Of a DNA stretch of 64,000 nucleotides, positions 12,905 to 24,912 are shown piece after piece; within the stretch, counting starts at the first letter, position 1; each line of letters begins with the position of its first letter. This stretch comes from an uncultured Acidobacteriaceae bacterium. Its GTDB lineage: Bacteria; Acidobacteriota; Terriglobia; Terriglobales; Acidobacteriaceae. The stretch covers positions 285,255 to 349,254 of the forward strand of contig CAVRVZ010000014.1 in NCBI GenBank assembly GCA_963724755.1, given 5' to 3'. The notes beneath the pieces are model-generated. The model had not been told where the DNA came from. It saw only the letters and a program-made list of their open reading frames with translations, and searched no databases. The position numbers and the translations under genes were made by a program.

Positions 12905-14473
12905 TCAGCGCGGTTTGGCGAACTCCGACCGGTGGCGGCTATAGAGAAAATAAATCACCAGCCCGATGAGCAGCCAGATGAAGAAAGCGGTACCAGGTGA
13001 TGATGGGCAAGCCGGCCATGAGCAGGAAGCAGAAGACGACGCTGAGCGCGGGAATGAGCGGCCCGCCCGGAACCCTGAAGCCGCGATGGCGCGTCCGGCT
13101 CGCGAAAGCGCAGCACGATCACGCCGATGGAGACCAGGACAAAGGCGAAGAGCGTTCCGATATTGGAGAGATCGGCCAGGGTGCCGATGTCGAACAGGCC
13201 GGAGGGAATGGCCACCACAAATCCGGCGACCCAGGTGGAAAAGGCAGGAGTGCGGAAGACGGGATGCACGTTGCTGAAGACCTTGGGCAGCAGGCCGTCC
13301 CTGGACATGGAGAACCAGACGCGCGATTGGCCAAGCTGATAGACCAGGATGGAAGAGAGCATGCCCATGATGGCGCCGAAGAGGACCACCAGCCTGATCC
13401 AGTGGAGCGAATGCGCGCCGGGCAACAGGGAGAGTTTCTTGAGAGCGTTCACTACCGGCGCGGCGTCGTCCACCATCGATTGCCAGGGCACCAGACCGGT
13501 GAGGCAAATGGCCACGGCCACGTAGAGCACGGTGCACACCACCAGCGTGGCGATGATGCCGATGGGAAGGTCGTGCTGCGGGTCGCGGCACTCTTCGGCC
13601 GCCGTGGAAACGGAGTCGAAGCCTATATAAGTGAAAAAGATGATCGACCCGCCGGTGAGCACGCCGGACCATCCGTTGGGCATGAAGGGATGCCAGTTGC
13701 CGGGATGGATGAAGCCGATGACGGCAAAGACGAAGATCAGAATGGCGACGAGCTTGATGCCACACCATGATGTTGTTGGTGTTGGCCGACTCGCGGATGC
13801 CGCGCACCAGAATGACGGTGAGAAACAGGACGATGAGAAAGGCGGGAATGTTGAAGCCGAAGTGCCAGCCGGGGTGGTAAAGCCAGTTGCCGGCCAGATC
13901 CTGCAATCCTCCCGGCAGATAGGCGGGCGAGATCCACATGGCCGACGGGTGAAGGCCGAACCAGTCCAGCAGGTCGACCACGTGAGCGGCAAAACCCACG
14001 CTGACGGTCATGTTGGAGCCGGCATATTCGAGGATCAGATCCCAGCCGATGATCCAGGCGATCAGCTCGCCCATGGTGGCGTAGGTGTAGGTATAGGCCG
14101 AGCCGGCAATGGGAATCATGGACGCGAGTTCGGCATAACAAAGGCCGGTGAGCGCGCAGACGATGGCTACCAGAACCAGCGAAAGAGCGATCGCCGGACC
14201 GGCGCCGGGCCGCCCGGCCAGTGGCTGTGTGGGTGAGAGGTAATGGGCCAGCGGGGTATTGGGGATGCTGGGAGCGTCGAACTTTTCCCCGGAGATGGCC
14301 GTGCCGATGACGGTGAAGATGCCCGAGCCGATCACCGCCCCGATGCCAAGCGCGGTAAGCGACCACGGCCCGAGGGTCTTTTTCAGCCTGTGCTCGGGCT
14401 CTTCCGAATCCCGGATCAGCTTATCGATCGATTTGCGGGCAAGTAGTTGGCTGGGCAGTGCAGTTGTCCTCAT
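12905..14473 (-). CDS. APC-family amino acid permease (frameshifted)
   Basis: LGIGAVIGSGIF, CYAELASMIP, GSAYTY, FFTYIGFDSVSTAAEE, MSRDGLLP. Confidence 0.93.
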   Translation of the reverse strand: MRTTALPSQLLARKSIDKLIRDSEEPEHRLKKTLGPWSLTALGIGAVIGSGIFTVIGTAISGEKFDAPSIPNTPLAHYLSPTQPLAGRPGAGPAIALSLVLVAIVCALTGLCYAELASMIPIAGSAYTYTYATMGELIAWIIGWDLILEYAGSNMTVSVGFAAHVVDLLDWFGLHPSAMWISPAYLPGGLQDLAGNWLYHPGWHFGFNIPAFLIVLFLTVILVRGIRESANTNNIMVWHQARRHSDLRLCRHRLHPSRQLASLHAQRMVRRAHRRVDHLFHLYRLRLRFHGGRRVPRPAARPSHRHHRHAGGVHRALRGRGHLPHRSGALAIDGGRRRAGSERSQETLPVARRAFAPLDQAGGPLRRHHGHALFHPGLSAWPIARLVLHVQGRPAAQGLQQRASRLPHSCLFHLGRRICGGHSLRPVRHRHPGRSLQYRNALRLCPGLHRRDRAALSRAGRAIAASGFRAGRSFPRSASSSASCSWPACPSSPGTAFFIWLLIGLVIYFLYSRHRSEFAKPR

Positions 14474-14572
14474 CCCGCTGGCTAGCGGGCTTCAGTCAAT
14501 GCGGGGCACCAACGGGTTCCGGGCAGGCTTGAGCCGCGCCGGAACCCCTATTCGGTGGTTGGAGTTGCCGCT

Positions 14573-14728
14573 TTACCGCTTGGAGATTCCGCGGGCCATC
14601 TTCTTCACTTTCTTCTTGTGTTCGCCGCGCGCTCCGGTCCTCTTGGCCTTGGGAGCTGCCTTCTTGCGGGCCGCGCGTTTCAGCTTTTTGCGTTCCAGTT
14701 TGTCTTCAATTTTGGTGGTATCGGCCAC
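14573..14728 (-). CDS. Small highly basic protein (51 aa, below ORF-track cutoff)
   Basis: GTG start with AAGAGG RBS; MADTTKIEDKLERKKLKRAARKKAAPKAKRTGARGEHKKKVKKMARGISKR*. Confidence 0.75.
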   Translation of the reverse strand: MADTTKIEDKLERKKLKRAARKKAAPKAKRTGARGEHKKKVKKMARGISKR

Positions 14729-15003
14729 GTGGCACCTCTTTCATTCAAATCTGTTCAGATTTCCCGCAAATCGGGCAAAAGTGAAGTATGTGAAGCTCTA
14801 TGTTAACAGGGATAGAGCGGCGGCGAAAGCGGCAAACGCGCGCGGGGAGCGCATTTAGAGCCGCGCCGCAACGGTTTCCAGCGTACAATGAAGAGAGACC
14901 AGAAATCTGACCAGACTGCTCGGCTCCGGCCGTCCTCTAAGCTTCAGACGAGCTTCGCACCCCACGCGACAATCAACCCGCAAGTTGTTGACCGGAGTTC
15001 GTT

Positions 15004-15228
15004 ATGCGTTCCAACCAGATTCACCGTGCGCTCTCGCATGGAATGAACCGTTTTGAAGTCTGCCAGCTCGTCTCCAAAGGGGTGAAAGCCACCCACAAGA
15101 CCGGCTCGCGCTTTGAGGATTCGATCAACGATGTGCTGCAATACCTGGGCACCCACGAAACGCCCCTGGCCAGCCTTCACCCGGCTATCTCGCAGGTGAG
15201 CGTGAAGAGCCTCAAGCCGGCGGCGTAG
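15004..15228 (+). CDS. RNA polymerase omega-like small protein (divergent paralog, putative)
   Basis: MRS...NRFEVCQLVSKGVK resembles the omega N-terminal NRF-L motif; GGAG RBS; TACAAT at 14884. Confidence 0.55.
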   Translation: MRSNQIHRALSHGMNRFEVCQLVSKGVKATHKTGSRFEDSINDVLQYLGTHETPLASLHPAISQVSVKSLKPAA

Positions 15229-15288
15229 CTTCGCAGGGACTAGGGGATTAGGTACAGTTTGAGCATCCCGGCCCAAAGGCCAAACGCA

Positions 15289-15326
15289 GAAGAGGGACGG
15301 CAGATTCGCCGTCCCTCTTCATTTTG
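15289..15326. terminator. Intrinsic terminator between convergent genes
   Basis: 13-bp stem GAAGAGGGACGGC-agattc-GCCGTCCCTCTTC followed by atttt. Confidence 0.75.
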
Positions 15327-15355
15327 ATTCCGAACCGGTCTTTTGGGGTATTCCC

Positions 15356-15556
15356 TTAGATGACCTGGACGTTCTCAGCCTGCCAGCCCTTGGGGCCCTT
15401 GGTCACGTTGAACTGGACCTTCTGGCCTTCCTGCAGCGAACGGAAGCCGTTCGACTGGATGGCGGTGTGATGGACGAAAACATCTTCGCCGTTTTCACGG
15501 CTCAAAAATCCAAAACCCTTGGCGTCGTTAAACCACTTGACTGTGCCTGTTTCCAA
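15356..15556 (-). CDS. cspA: Cold-shock protein (TTG start)
   Basis: [33 protein letters not shown]; AAGGAG RBS before TTG. Confidence 0.96.
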   Translation of the reverse strand: METGTVKWFNDAKGFGFLSRENGEDVFVHHTAIQSNGFRSLQEGQKVQFNVTKGPKGWQAENVQVI

Positions 15557-15666
15557 TGTCTTACTCCTTGATACTGAATTACCGTCCGAACGCAATGTGG
15601 AAGTGTTGCGAGTAGGCGGTAACCAAAACAGGCAAGAACTTCAGATCGAATTCTACGATTGCATAC

Positions 15667-15675
15667 AGTGTAGCA
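15667..15675 (-). promoter_or_regulatory. Putative extended -10 promoter of csp (implies ~100-nt 5' UTR)
   Basis: TGcTACACT on the minus strand ~110 nt upstream of the start; long 5' UTRs are typical of csp mRNAs. Confidence 0.4.
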
Positions 15676-15851
15676 CGGATTGTCAAGCAAATCTGCGCAG
15701 ATGTACGCGCGGTGTCAAAACGAGAATCCAGGCGGCCGGCAATCGCACACGGGAACTTGTGCGGCGGATCATTTCACGCTGGGATGTAGACGGGCTGGGC
15801 GAGAAGAGTAAACTCAATGTCGCCTGATTGCGCTTGAGAGTGAGGTGCCTT

Positions 15852-16955
15852 GTGGTCAACGATAACAGCCGGGTTCTGGTCATCAATCCCGGTTCAACCT
15901 CCACCAAGTTCGGGGTTTACTACCAGGCAGGGCGCGGAGAAGGTGTGGACCATCCGGCATGGGGATGAAGAGCTGGCACGATTCCGCGGGCAGCCGATGG
16001 TGGCGCGGCTGGACTATCGCGCGGAGCTGATCGAGAACGCGCTCGAACGAGGCCGGATACAGCGCGACCGGGTTTGCCGCGACGGCCGGGCGGGGCGGGC
16101 TGCTGCCGCCGATGGCGAGCGGAACCTACCTGGTGGATGAGGCGATGGTGGAAGAGCTGCGGCTGGCGCGCCGGGGCGAGCATGCTTCAAACCTGGGGGC
16201 CTTGCTGGCGCTCCGCTTTGCCACGGCAGCCGGGGTGAACGCCTACATCGTTGATCCGGTGACGGTGGACGAGTGGCAGGAGTGCGCGCGCCTGACCGGT
16301 TCGCCGCTGGTCGAGCGTTCTTGCATGGGCCATGCGCTGAATACCAAGGCTGTGGCGCGGCGGTTTGCGCGGGAGCAGAAACGCGCCTATGAGCAACTGC
16401 GGCTGGTGGTGGCGCACATGGGCAGCGGCATCACCGTCTCGGCCCACCGGGACGGGCGGATGATCGACAACAATACCATCGGTGAAGGCCCGTTCGGTCC
16501 TGACCGGTCAGGATGGCTGCCGGCGCGAGAGTTGGTGAAGGTGTGCTTCAGCGGCAAGTACACGCAGCAGGAGCTTGAGCGCCAGGTCTTCGGCGACGGC
16601 GGGCTGTTGGCTTATCTGGGCACGCGCGACCTGAGGGAAGTGGAGCGCCGGATCGACGCGGGCGACGCGCAGGCCGCGCGGGTCTTCGAGGCCATGATCT
16701 ACCAAATCGCCAAGGAGGCCGGTGCGATGGCGGCGGTGCTTCAGGGCAAGGTGGATGCGGTGCTGCTGACGGGCGGCATGGCTTATTCGGAGAGAGTGGT
16801 GAGGCTGTTGCGCGAGTTACCTGGAGTGGATTGCGCCCATCACGGTCTATCCCGGCGAGGATGAGTTGCAGGCGCTGGCCGAAGGAGTCTTTCGCGTGCT
16901 GGAAGGCGAGGAGCAGGCGAAGAGGTTGGGAGAATCTAACAAAGTGAGCACTTAA
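15852..16955 (+). CDS. buk: Butyrate kinase (frameshifted)
   Basis: [65 protein letters not shown]. Confidence 0.93.
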
Positions 16956-19503
16956 ATCTTCTCGAGACTGGCGAACTTTTCCATCAGCTTTTTTATGCCG
17001 TGGCGATTGAACATGACGGTGAGTTTGGCGTCTTCGCCGTCGCCTTCACGCTGCAACACCGTTCCCTCGCCGTACTTTGCGTGGCGGACACGCTGGCCTT
17101 TTTTCAGGCCGGCTGCGCCATTGTGCTCGGGCAGGTCCATCCCCGGATGAGACGATGCCGGGCGAGCGAGCAAACCCGGTTTTCCGCCGAAGAAGCGGGC
17201 AATATTGTCAATGGAATCCGGCTGCGGGGCGCGCGCTTTTTTGGAGGAGTTTGTCGGCTAGGTGAGAATGCTCGCTGGGGCCTCCTGGCTCTCGTCTTCG
17301 TAGTTATAGTGCTTATCAGTGAACTCGCTGCTGTGGCCGGAGCGGCGGCCAAACGTATTGGAGTAGCTGGGAGTGGACCACGCCGGACTGCGGCCTACCC
17401 AGGTTCTCAATCAACTGGCTGGGAACCTCTTCAAGAAAGCGCGAGGGAATGCTTTGCTCAGGCGCGTCGTTGCCGTAGCGGCGGCGATAGTGCGCGCGGG
17501 TGAGAATCAGCGTGTTCATGGCGCGGGTCATGCCCACGTAGCAGAGGCGGCGTTCTTCTTCGAGCTCGTCGGGATTCGAGAGAGTGCGCGAGTGCGGAAA
17601 CAGACCCTCCTCAAGGCCGGCGAGAAAGACCAGCGGAAATTCCAGGCCCTTGGCGGCGTGCAGGGTCATCAGCGTCACGCGCGCATCGGGATCGAACTGG
17701 TCGGTATCGGAGGCCAGGGCCGCGTGATCAAGGAACTCAGCCAGAGTCTCGCCGCGGGCTTCTGCGTCGTGGGCGGCGTTGGCCAGTTCCTTCAGGTTTT
17801 CAATGCGGCTGAAGGACTCCGGCGAGCCTTCCGTTTCCAGAGCCTTGATGTAGCCGGTGCGGTCGATGAGAAAGCGGATCAGCTCAGGCAGTGTGGCTGC
17901 GTCGCCGGGAGTCCTGAATGCAGGCGCTTCCGCGCTTTCATTTTTTGGTTGAGTTGGTTTCGTTTTGCAGCAGCGCCAAACTCAAATCCCGTATCCCCGG
18001 CCTCCGCATTCGGCGGCCACATCGGCGGAGAGCTTGCCGGCAAAGTCGGGATCCATCATGGCCTGCGCGTCGAGAATGAGCTGGCGGAACGACTCGATGG
18101 CCACAAGTGCGCGGTTGGGGATGAGGCGGTTGGTAATGGCGGCTGCGTAATAGCGTCCCAGGTTGAAGTGCCGGTTTCCAGAGCCAGCCGCTCCAGAGTC
18201 TCCATCGTGGTTTTGCCAATGCCGCGCGCCGGCGTGTTGATCACCCGCTGCAGCGCCATCGAATCGTGGGGATTGTTGACCAGGCGCAGGTAGGCGAGCA
18301 GGTCCTTGATCTCCGCCCGCTCGTAAAAGCTGAAGCCGCCCACCATGGTGTAAGAGATGTTGTAGCGGCGCAGCGCCTCCTCCACCAGGCGCGACTGGGA
18401 GTTGGTGCGGTAGAGCACGGCGCAGTGCTCCGTCCGGTCTTGGGTCTCGGAGGAGTTTCCTGCGAGAAATTTCTGGATGCGGTCGGCGATGAAGAGGGCC
18501 TCGTTTTCGCCGTCGGGAGCTTCGTAGTAGCCGATCAGCGATCCGCCCTGGCGATCGGTCCACAGCTTCTTTCCCTTGCGCTTGAGGTTGTTCTGGACCA
18601 CCGCGCCCGCGGCTTCCAAAATAATCTGCGTCGACCGGTAGTTCTGCTCCAAGCCGCACGATGCGGGCGTTGGGAAAATCCTTTTCAAACTCCAGAATGT
18701 TGCGGATATCGGCCCCGCGCCAGGAATAAATGCTCTGGTCCTCGTCGCCCACGGCGCAAACATTTTTCGCTTCGCCGGCCAGCAGCTTCATCAGCTCATA
18801 CTGCGGGCGGTTGGTGTCCTGGTACTCGTCGACAAGCAGGTAACGGTAGCGGCGCTGGTAGCGCTCACGGGCTTCCTTTGAGACTTTGAGCAGGCGCACG
18901 GCCTCCAGCAGCAGATCGTCGAAGTCCATGGCGTTGCTCTTGGCCAGCTCGGCGCGGTAGCTCTGGTAGATGTGGGCGATGCGCTCGCTGTTCGGATCCT
19001 TGCTGGCCAGGTAATACTCCTGCGGATCGATCATGTGGTTCTTGGCCCAGCTGATGCGGCTCAAAACCGCGCGCGGCGTGAGTTGCTTGATGTCCAGGCC
19101 CATGCGCCGCATCACCTGCTTCACCAGCGCCTGCTGATCGTTTTCGTCGTAGATGGCAAAGGAGCGGGTGAGGCCCGACGCCGCCAACTTTCAGGTCCTC
19201 AATGTCGCGCCTCAGAATGCGCACGCAAAAGGAGTGAAAGGTGGCGATCAGAGGCTTGGCCAGCGACGAGTGGCCCAGCAGCCGGTCAACGCGTTCGGCC
19301 ATTTCGCTGGCAGCCTTGTTGGTAAAGGTTACGGCCAGGATGGAGTCGGGCGCGATGCCTTTTTCCTGAATCAGCCATGCAATCCGGCTGGTGATGACGC
19401 GGGTTTTGCCCGAGCCGGCTCCGGCCAGAATGAGCAGCGGGCCCTCGGTAGCCTCGACGGCGGCGCGTTGTTCAGGATTCAGATTGTCGATCAGAGGCGG
19501 CAA
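16952..19503 (-). CDS. pcrA: ATP-dependent DNA helicase PcrA/UvrD (frameshifted)
   Basis: [65 protein letters not shown]-terminal Tudor-like [10 protein letters not shown]. Confidence 0.95.
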
Positions 19504-19611
19504 GGCAAGTCCAGGCGGGAAGGTTCCTTCTTCCAGTGTATCGTTTGAGGCGGATGGACGGATTTTGCATATAGACAGGCTTCTCAGTCGGCGCGCTATC
19601 CTGAAGACACA

Positions 19612-20172
19612 ATGACTTTGCCAGCTAAGCCCATCCGCCGCGTGGCCGTTTACTGCGGCTCGGCCAATGGAACCAACCCTGTATTTCTTGCCGAAGCGCG
19701 AGCGCTGGGCGCGGCCATTGCCGCGGCCGGTCTGGGGATGGTTTATGGCGGGGCAAACGTGGGGCTGATGGGCGCGGTGGCCGATGCGGCGCTGGCCGGA
19801 GGCGCGGAGGTGATCGGCATTCTGCCCGATCTGCTGGCCGGGAAAGAGATTGCGCACGCCAGGCTGACTTCGCTCGAACTGGTTTCCACCATGCACCAGC
19901 GCAAGGCGCGCATGGTGGAGTTGGCCGATGCGTTTCTGGTGCTGCCCGGCGGCTACGGAACGATCGAGGAAGTACTGGAAGCAGTGACCTGGGCGCAACT
20001 TCGCCTGCACGCCAAACCCTGCATCCTTATCAATACGGCCGGGTACTGGGATGGGCTGCTGGTCTTTCTGGATACGGCGGTCGCGGCGGGATTTCTGAAG
20101 GCGAAGAACCGGGCGCTGCTGCGCGTGGTTGCAACTGCGGAAAAGGCGGTTAGGTTGGTGGTTGGCGACTGA
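19612..20172 (+). CDS. LOG-family (TIGR00730-type) nucleotide monophosphate nucleosidase
   Basis: [32 protein letters not shown]. Confidence 0.93.
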   Translation: MTLPAKPIRRVAVYCGSANGTNPVFLAEARALGAAIAAAGLGMVYGGANVGLMGAVADAALAGGAEVIGILPDLLAGKEIAHARLTSLELVSTMHQRKARMVELADAFLVLPGGYGTIEEVLEAVTWAQLRLHAKPCILINTAGYWDGLLVFLDTAVAAGFLKAKNRALLRVVATAEKAVRLVVGD

Positions 20173-20226
20173 GGCTGAATCGTGGGTCTCAAAGTCGGGA
20201 CCCATTGTGTCTACAACTCGACGCGC

Positions 20227-21500
20227 CTACTCCACGGTCAGGTTTTGCATAAAGAAATCGAAATCTTTCATGGCAGGTTCTTCGATCGAGGATGCCGTAT
20301 CCAGCAGAACAAGATAGTAGAGCTTGCCGGGAATGCGTTGCTGTGTTTGGCTTGGACGGTAATACGTTACTCCTTTTCCGACCTCGGACTTTGGAATTTC
20401 CACAGGAGCCTCAAAGATTAGCCCGGGAAACTCGGGCTGGTCCCGCTCAAAAACAACGACTCGGCCATGCCCGTCTCCGTCCTTTTCATACATTCCCGGC
20501 TGTACAACTTTCATTGCGATGCACGCGGCGGCGGGGCAGCGAACGGGGACGAAGGGTTCAAAAGTGCCGTCTGTTAGGAATTTCTTTGAGAACTCCTGCA
20601 GAGTTTCATTTTCCGCAGGCTGCTTGACGAGCAGAAGTATGCTGGGGCTCAGATCGCGGACCGTGGCCTTATAGGGGCCAGTGCTGAAGTAACCCACGCA
20701 GGAGCCTTTCGTCACAGCTAAATGGTTGATGGCCCAGTCACCGTGCGTGCGAAGATGCACACCGCAAGTAGTGCTGGTGAAATCCCAATCCTCACCTTTC
20801 GCCGCGCTCGACCACACTTCCTTGGTCTCATATTCCTTCTTCGGGTCGAATGGGACGATGCGGTTGTGGGCGATATCGAGCGCCGAATCAAAGCCAGACG
20901 GGTTGGGTGCGCGTAGTTTACCGAGGTAACCGATGGCGCGAAGAGTATGCACAGGCATATTGGCGATCGTGGCGCAGTTGATGTAGTCCTCCCAAAATGC
21001 GACGGGAAGCTGATCCCAGGTTTGGCTGGATTCGATGGAGAGAAACTCGTCGGCGCCGGCTTTCAGTTCCATCGTTTGGCATTGCAGTGTGGCGCGAAAC
21101 CAGGAGGCGCGCAGATCAGCGGGAACCAGATCATGGGCATGGCCCAAATCACGAAGCGCCGTTTCATAACTGCCCGGAAGATCAAAGTTGTAAGCATAGC
21201 GCGCTACGAGTCCCGTCAGTAGAAGCAATTCTGCGTTATCGGGATGATTATTCAGCGCAAGAGTGAGAAACCCAGGTCTTTGCCAAGACGCGTGGCCACA
21301 TCCTCTTTGGCGACAGGATAATTCCAGACGGGTACCCAAGAATGGCTGTACGGCTCAAGTTGCTTTGCGTCGTCTAACGCGGCCAGAACGGCCGTCTCCT
21401 GCGGAAGCCGGTCCGCATGTATGGCGGCGATATCGGCATAAGCAGACAAAGCCGGGAAGAATAGAAAAAGCGAGAAAATCAGGACGGCATTCTTGCACAT
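20227..21500 (-). CDS. Secreted hypothetical protein (frameshifted near 21270)
   Basis: Signal peptide MCKNAVLIFSLFLFF...; joins the 370-aa ORF. Confidence 0.65.
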
Positions 21501-21582
21501 ACGAAGCCTCACGATCCGGAACGTTGCGAGCAGTGTAGCCGAATACGTGGAGATGTGCAGTGATGAATTGAAAAATCCAGGT

Positions 21583-22037
21583 CTAATTCGGCGTGCCGGT
21601 AGTTTCCTCGGCGGCGAAGGTGCATTCCCTGCACTGGCAGACGCGGCGCAGATATTCCCAGGAGTAGATTCCGCCGGAGTGGCCGTCGAGCCAGTTGAAT
21701 TGAATAGCGTAGCGGCCTACGGCGTGGGCGCTGGCCGGCTTGGCGGCGGCGAGTACATAGGCAGCACGGCGGCGGGTTTGGGCTTTGGCTGGCCGGGTTT
21801 GCGTCCTTCGAGGTTACGCTCCTCGACGCAGGTGGCGCAGGGGCAGGCTTCGCGCAGCCAGGCAAAGCTCCACGCGCTCTTGTGGCCGTCGGCCCAGTCG
21901 ATTTCCATGCCTTTGCCCTCGGTGAGCAGCACGCGCACCTTCTCCGGAGTGACGGCGATGCGGGGCAGTTTGTGCTCCGTTTCCGCTTCGCGCGCGGCAT
22001 GTTCCTTATCGACAAAGCGGATGCCTTCGTGGCTCAT
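21583..22037 (-). CDS. DUF971 / GBBH-like N-terminal domain protein (frameshifted)
   Basis: IDWADGHKS, WLREACPCATC, then YAIQFNW-DGHSGGIYSWEYLR. Confidence 0.85.
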
Positions 22038-22041
22038 GCTT

Positions 22042-24103
22042 CTATTGTAATAGCGCTCCGTAGGGCATCAGGAACGCGATCGGCCACTGCTCCTGGCCCT
22101 GCGATACCAGCGCGGACCAATTCAGAACGGGCGCCGAATCAGTCGCCAGAATCTTCACCTGCGGATCGACTTCCTTGAATCGAACTGCCAGAGTGTGCGC
22201 GTCGCCGGTTGCGGCCAGCGTGATCGGTTGCCGCGGCAGATGCGCATCCCGCTTGCGAACAAATAGCTCGGCAATCTTTATATCATCCATCAACTGAAGA
22301 AAGTAAGGCCGGCCGGTGAGCAGCGAGTTATAAACATAATCGGCCAAGCACGCTTCCCAGCGGATTGACGTAAGCTTCATCGAAGCTGCCTTGCTCATGC
22401 GATCCGTCGTCATACGAATCGACGCGGAAGTTCATGCGCGTCTCGCCCAATCCGCGAAAGTCGAAGGAATATACCTCATAGCCGTCGCTGATTAACTTAG
22501 TAATCTCAGGCCAATTCTTCTCTGAGGCTTTGCCTTCCAGGCTGACCCAGAGCAAAGCTCCCTTGGGATGGCTGCCCTCGCCATAAATGTGAAGCAGCGG
22601 CATCTCCAGATAAGTATCGTGATGCAGCACATAGCGATCGATATGCACCGCGCCTACTGAGCTGCTGCCCACCTTTTCCCACTGTAGTTCCCCAGCCGGC
22701 GCGTATCCGGTATAGCGCCTCACCGTCCATGAGTCGATTTTTGGGTCCTGCTCGCTGCGGTACAGCTCGGCCAGCGTCTTCCGGTTATGCCGCGCAGCTT
22801 CAGTTGCATAGGCGGCGATATAGTGCAAAAGCGTGTGACCATCCGGATAGTCGACTGTTACCTGCCCGCTCTTTGTCACCTGGAGCTCGGCATTCGTATA
22901 TGCGGTCACCGGGGGAAGGCCGTGGCGCACCGGCATCTTATTGAAGCGATCGAGAAAGTTCAGCGCCGCTTCCTGATTCTTCAAGGAGTAACTATGCTTG
23001 TTATAACTCTCGGCAAATGCAATCCGGTCGGCATGACCAAAGCGATTGTAGATTGCGCTAACTTCGGAGTAAGTCTTGTGAGAGCCCTGAATGGTGAAAA
23101 AGTCGAGAGTAGCGGTAGCTATCATCACCGGGCGCGGATACATCATCAATATCGTGCCCGCGTTATCGACTCCCCTCGATATAAGTCCGTAGGGGTCCTG
23201 CTCCGGATCGCTGTCGTAATCGGCAAAGATGCGGTTTTCAACGCGCATGGGCAGCGCCGTAATGTAGCAGGAGGGAATAATCACCTTGATGCGATCATCC
23301 AGCGCGCCCAGCAACGCGGTTTGCGTGCCGCCGCCGCTGGTTCCGGTGATGTTGATCCTCTTGCCGTCCACGTCTGGGCGGCTCAACAGATAATCCACGG
23401 CGCGCATGCCGTCCCAAACTTCCCACCGGGCCAGGTTCGCTCCGGCAAGATAGGCCAGGTTACCCATGACGGCATGCTCGCCGCAGATCAGGTTATAACG
23501 GCTCTTCTTCGCCTTCGCATCCCAGAACTGGCTTCGTTCGCCTTGCCCAACCGGGTCCCAACTAATCACCAGATAGCCGCGCAAAGCCAGCCTCTCGCTG
23601 AGTGCCTGGTAGTGATCTTTGCCGTTTGTCGCAGTGACCGGCAGGAACCAGAATGGCGGGATGCACCTTGTCGCCGTTCTCGGGCACATATACCAGTGCC
23701 GTCACATAGAAGCCGGGAAGGCTCTGATAGATGAGCTTTTCAATATGGTATCCATTGCCGGCAATTCTGCCGGTAATGGTTGCATGCAGGTCGGTCTTCT
23801 CCGTGGGAAGGCCGCCAATCGCATCGAGCAGCGATTTCTTCAGCTCCGCGCGCAAGCGCAGAAGATCGCTCTCGGTTTTTATCTGCGACCAGCGCTCCTG
23901 GCGAAGTTGATCCTGATGCCATGCGAGCTGGGTTTGATAAAGCAGATAAGGAGTAATTTGCGGACCGGGAGCGTCAGCCGGAGGCAACACGCGGAAAGCT
24001 TCAGCTGGGGGGCGCGCTAGTCGCATCCGGCACTCTGCCCAATAGCCGCGGCGCACATCGCCGCCATCGCAATACCGCAAACCAAACGCACCAAACCGCT
24101 CAT
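22042..24103 (-). CDS. Acetylxylan-esterase-like alpha/beta hydrolase (frameshifted)
   Basis: YQSLPGFYVTA, DPVGQGER, WDGMRAVDYLLSR, nucleophile elbow GTSGGG. Confidence 0.85.
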
Positions 24104-24151
24104 AGAAACCTCCACGGAGTTGCGGTCCCGATGCGGCAAATCCGCATGTGC

Positions 24152-24860
24152 TTACTTATCGTTAACCAGAATCAGTTGCCCGAATTTTTCAGGGACATGA
24201 AAGGTATTGCTCATGGGAGCCTTCCAGGCGATCTCTTTCCTGTGGTGAGGCGGTCCCTGGCTGCGAAACAGGTTGGCGCGAAAGACTCTGCCGGCAACCG
24301 GACGATGGCCGTCGAGAGCTTTGAACGGAATCTTCATGGCGCCATACCAGATTTTCTTGTCGGCATCGATGCGCGCGGCTACCTGGAATCCAGAGTTCCA
24401 CGTCCATCCCACCGTGTGATCGGGAAGATCGAGATTCACGTCGAGATCGATCCACTCCCGCTGCGGCGAAAGTTCAAACTCCTTATAGCGGCGAATGTTT
24501 TGAAAGTCGGTGCCGATAAACAATTCAGCTACATCCCAATTCCATAACTCAAAGGTTTCATCCACAGTATTCGGCGAAGGCTTCAGATATAAGCTCCTCG
24601 TAAGGGCACTCGTAGAGAAGATAAAGATACTTCTTTGTCCATCGCGAGCTTACCTTGGTTCGATACGCAGGCTCAGGATGGCCCATAATATCGACTTCCA
24701 TGTAAACAGAGGTCGCCCCCTGCCAGAAGGCAGATTGCGTATCCGTGTCCAGCGCAACATCATGCGCTGCATAAGCGCTCCTGAACATGCTGTCGTCGGC
24801 AGCGCTTGCATGCATTGTGCCGGTTAGAAAAAACAGGCATGAAGCGAAAAATTTGTTCAC
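24152..24860 (-). CDS. Carbohydrate-binding family 9-like protein (frameshifted)
   Basis: Signal peptide; LWNWDVAELFI, FHVPEKFGQL. Confidence 0.75.
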
Positions 24861-24912
24861 TGGCAATCTCCTCGGTAAAGCATGGGAATCGGCATCCGCG
24901 CTATGCCGCATC

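Noticed and set aside
14480-14570. Riboswitch upstream of the amino acid permease
   Set aside because: Only one strong hairpin (GGGTTCCGG...CCGGAACCC); no aptamer consensus recognised by eye, so an Rfam search would be needed
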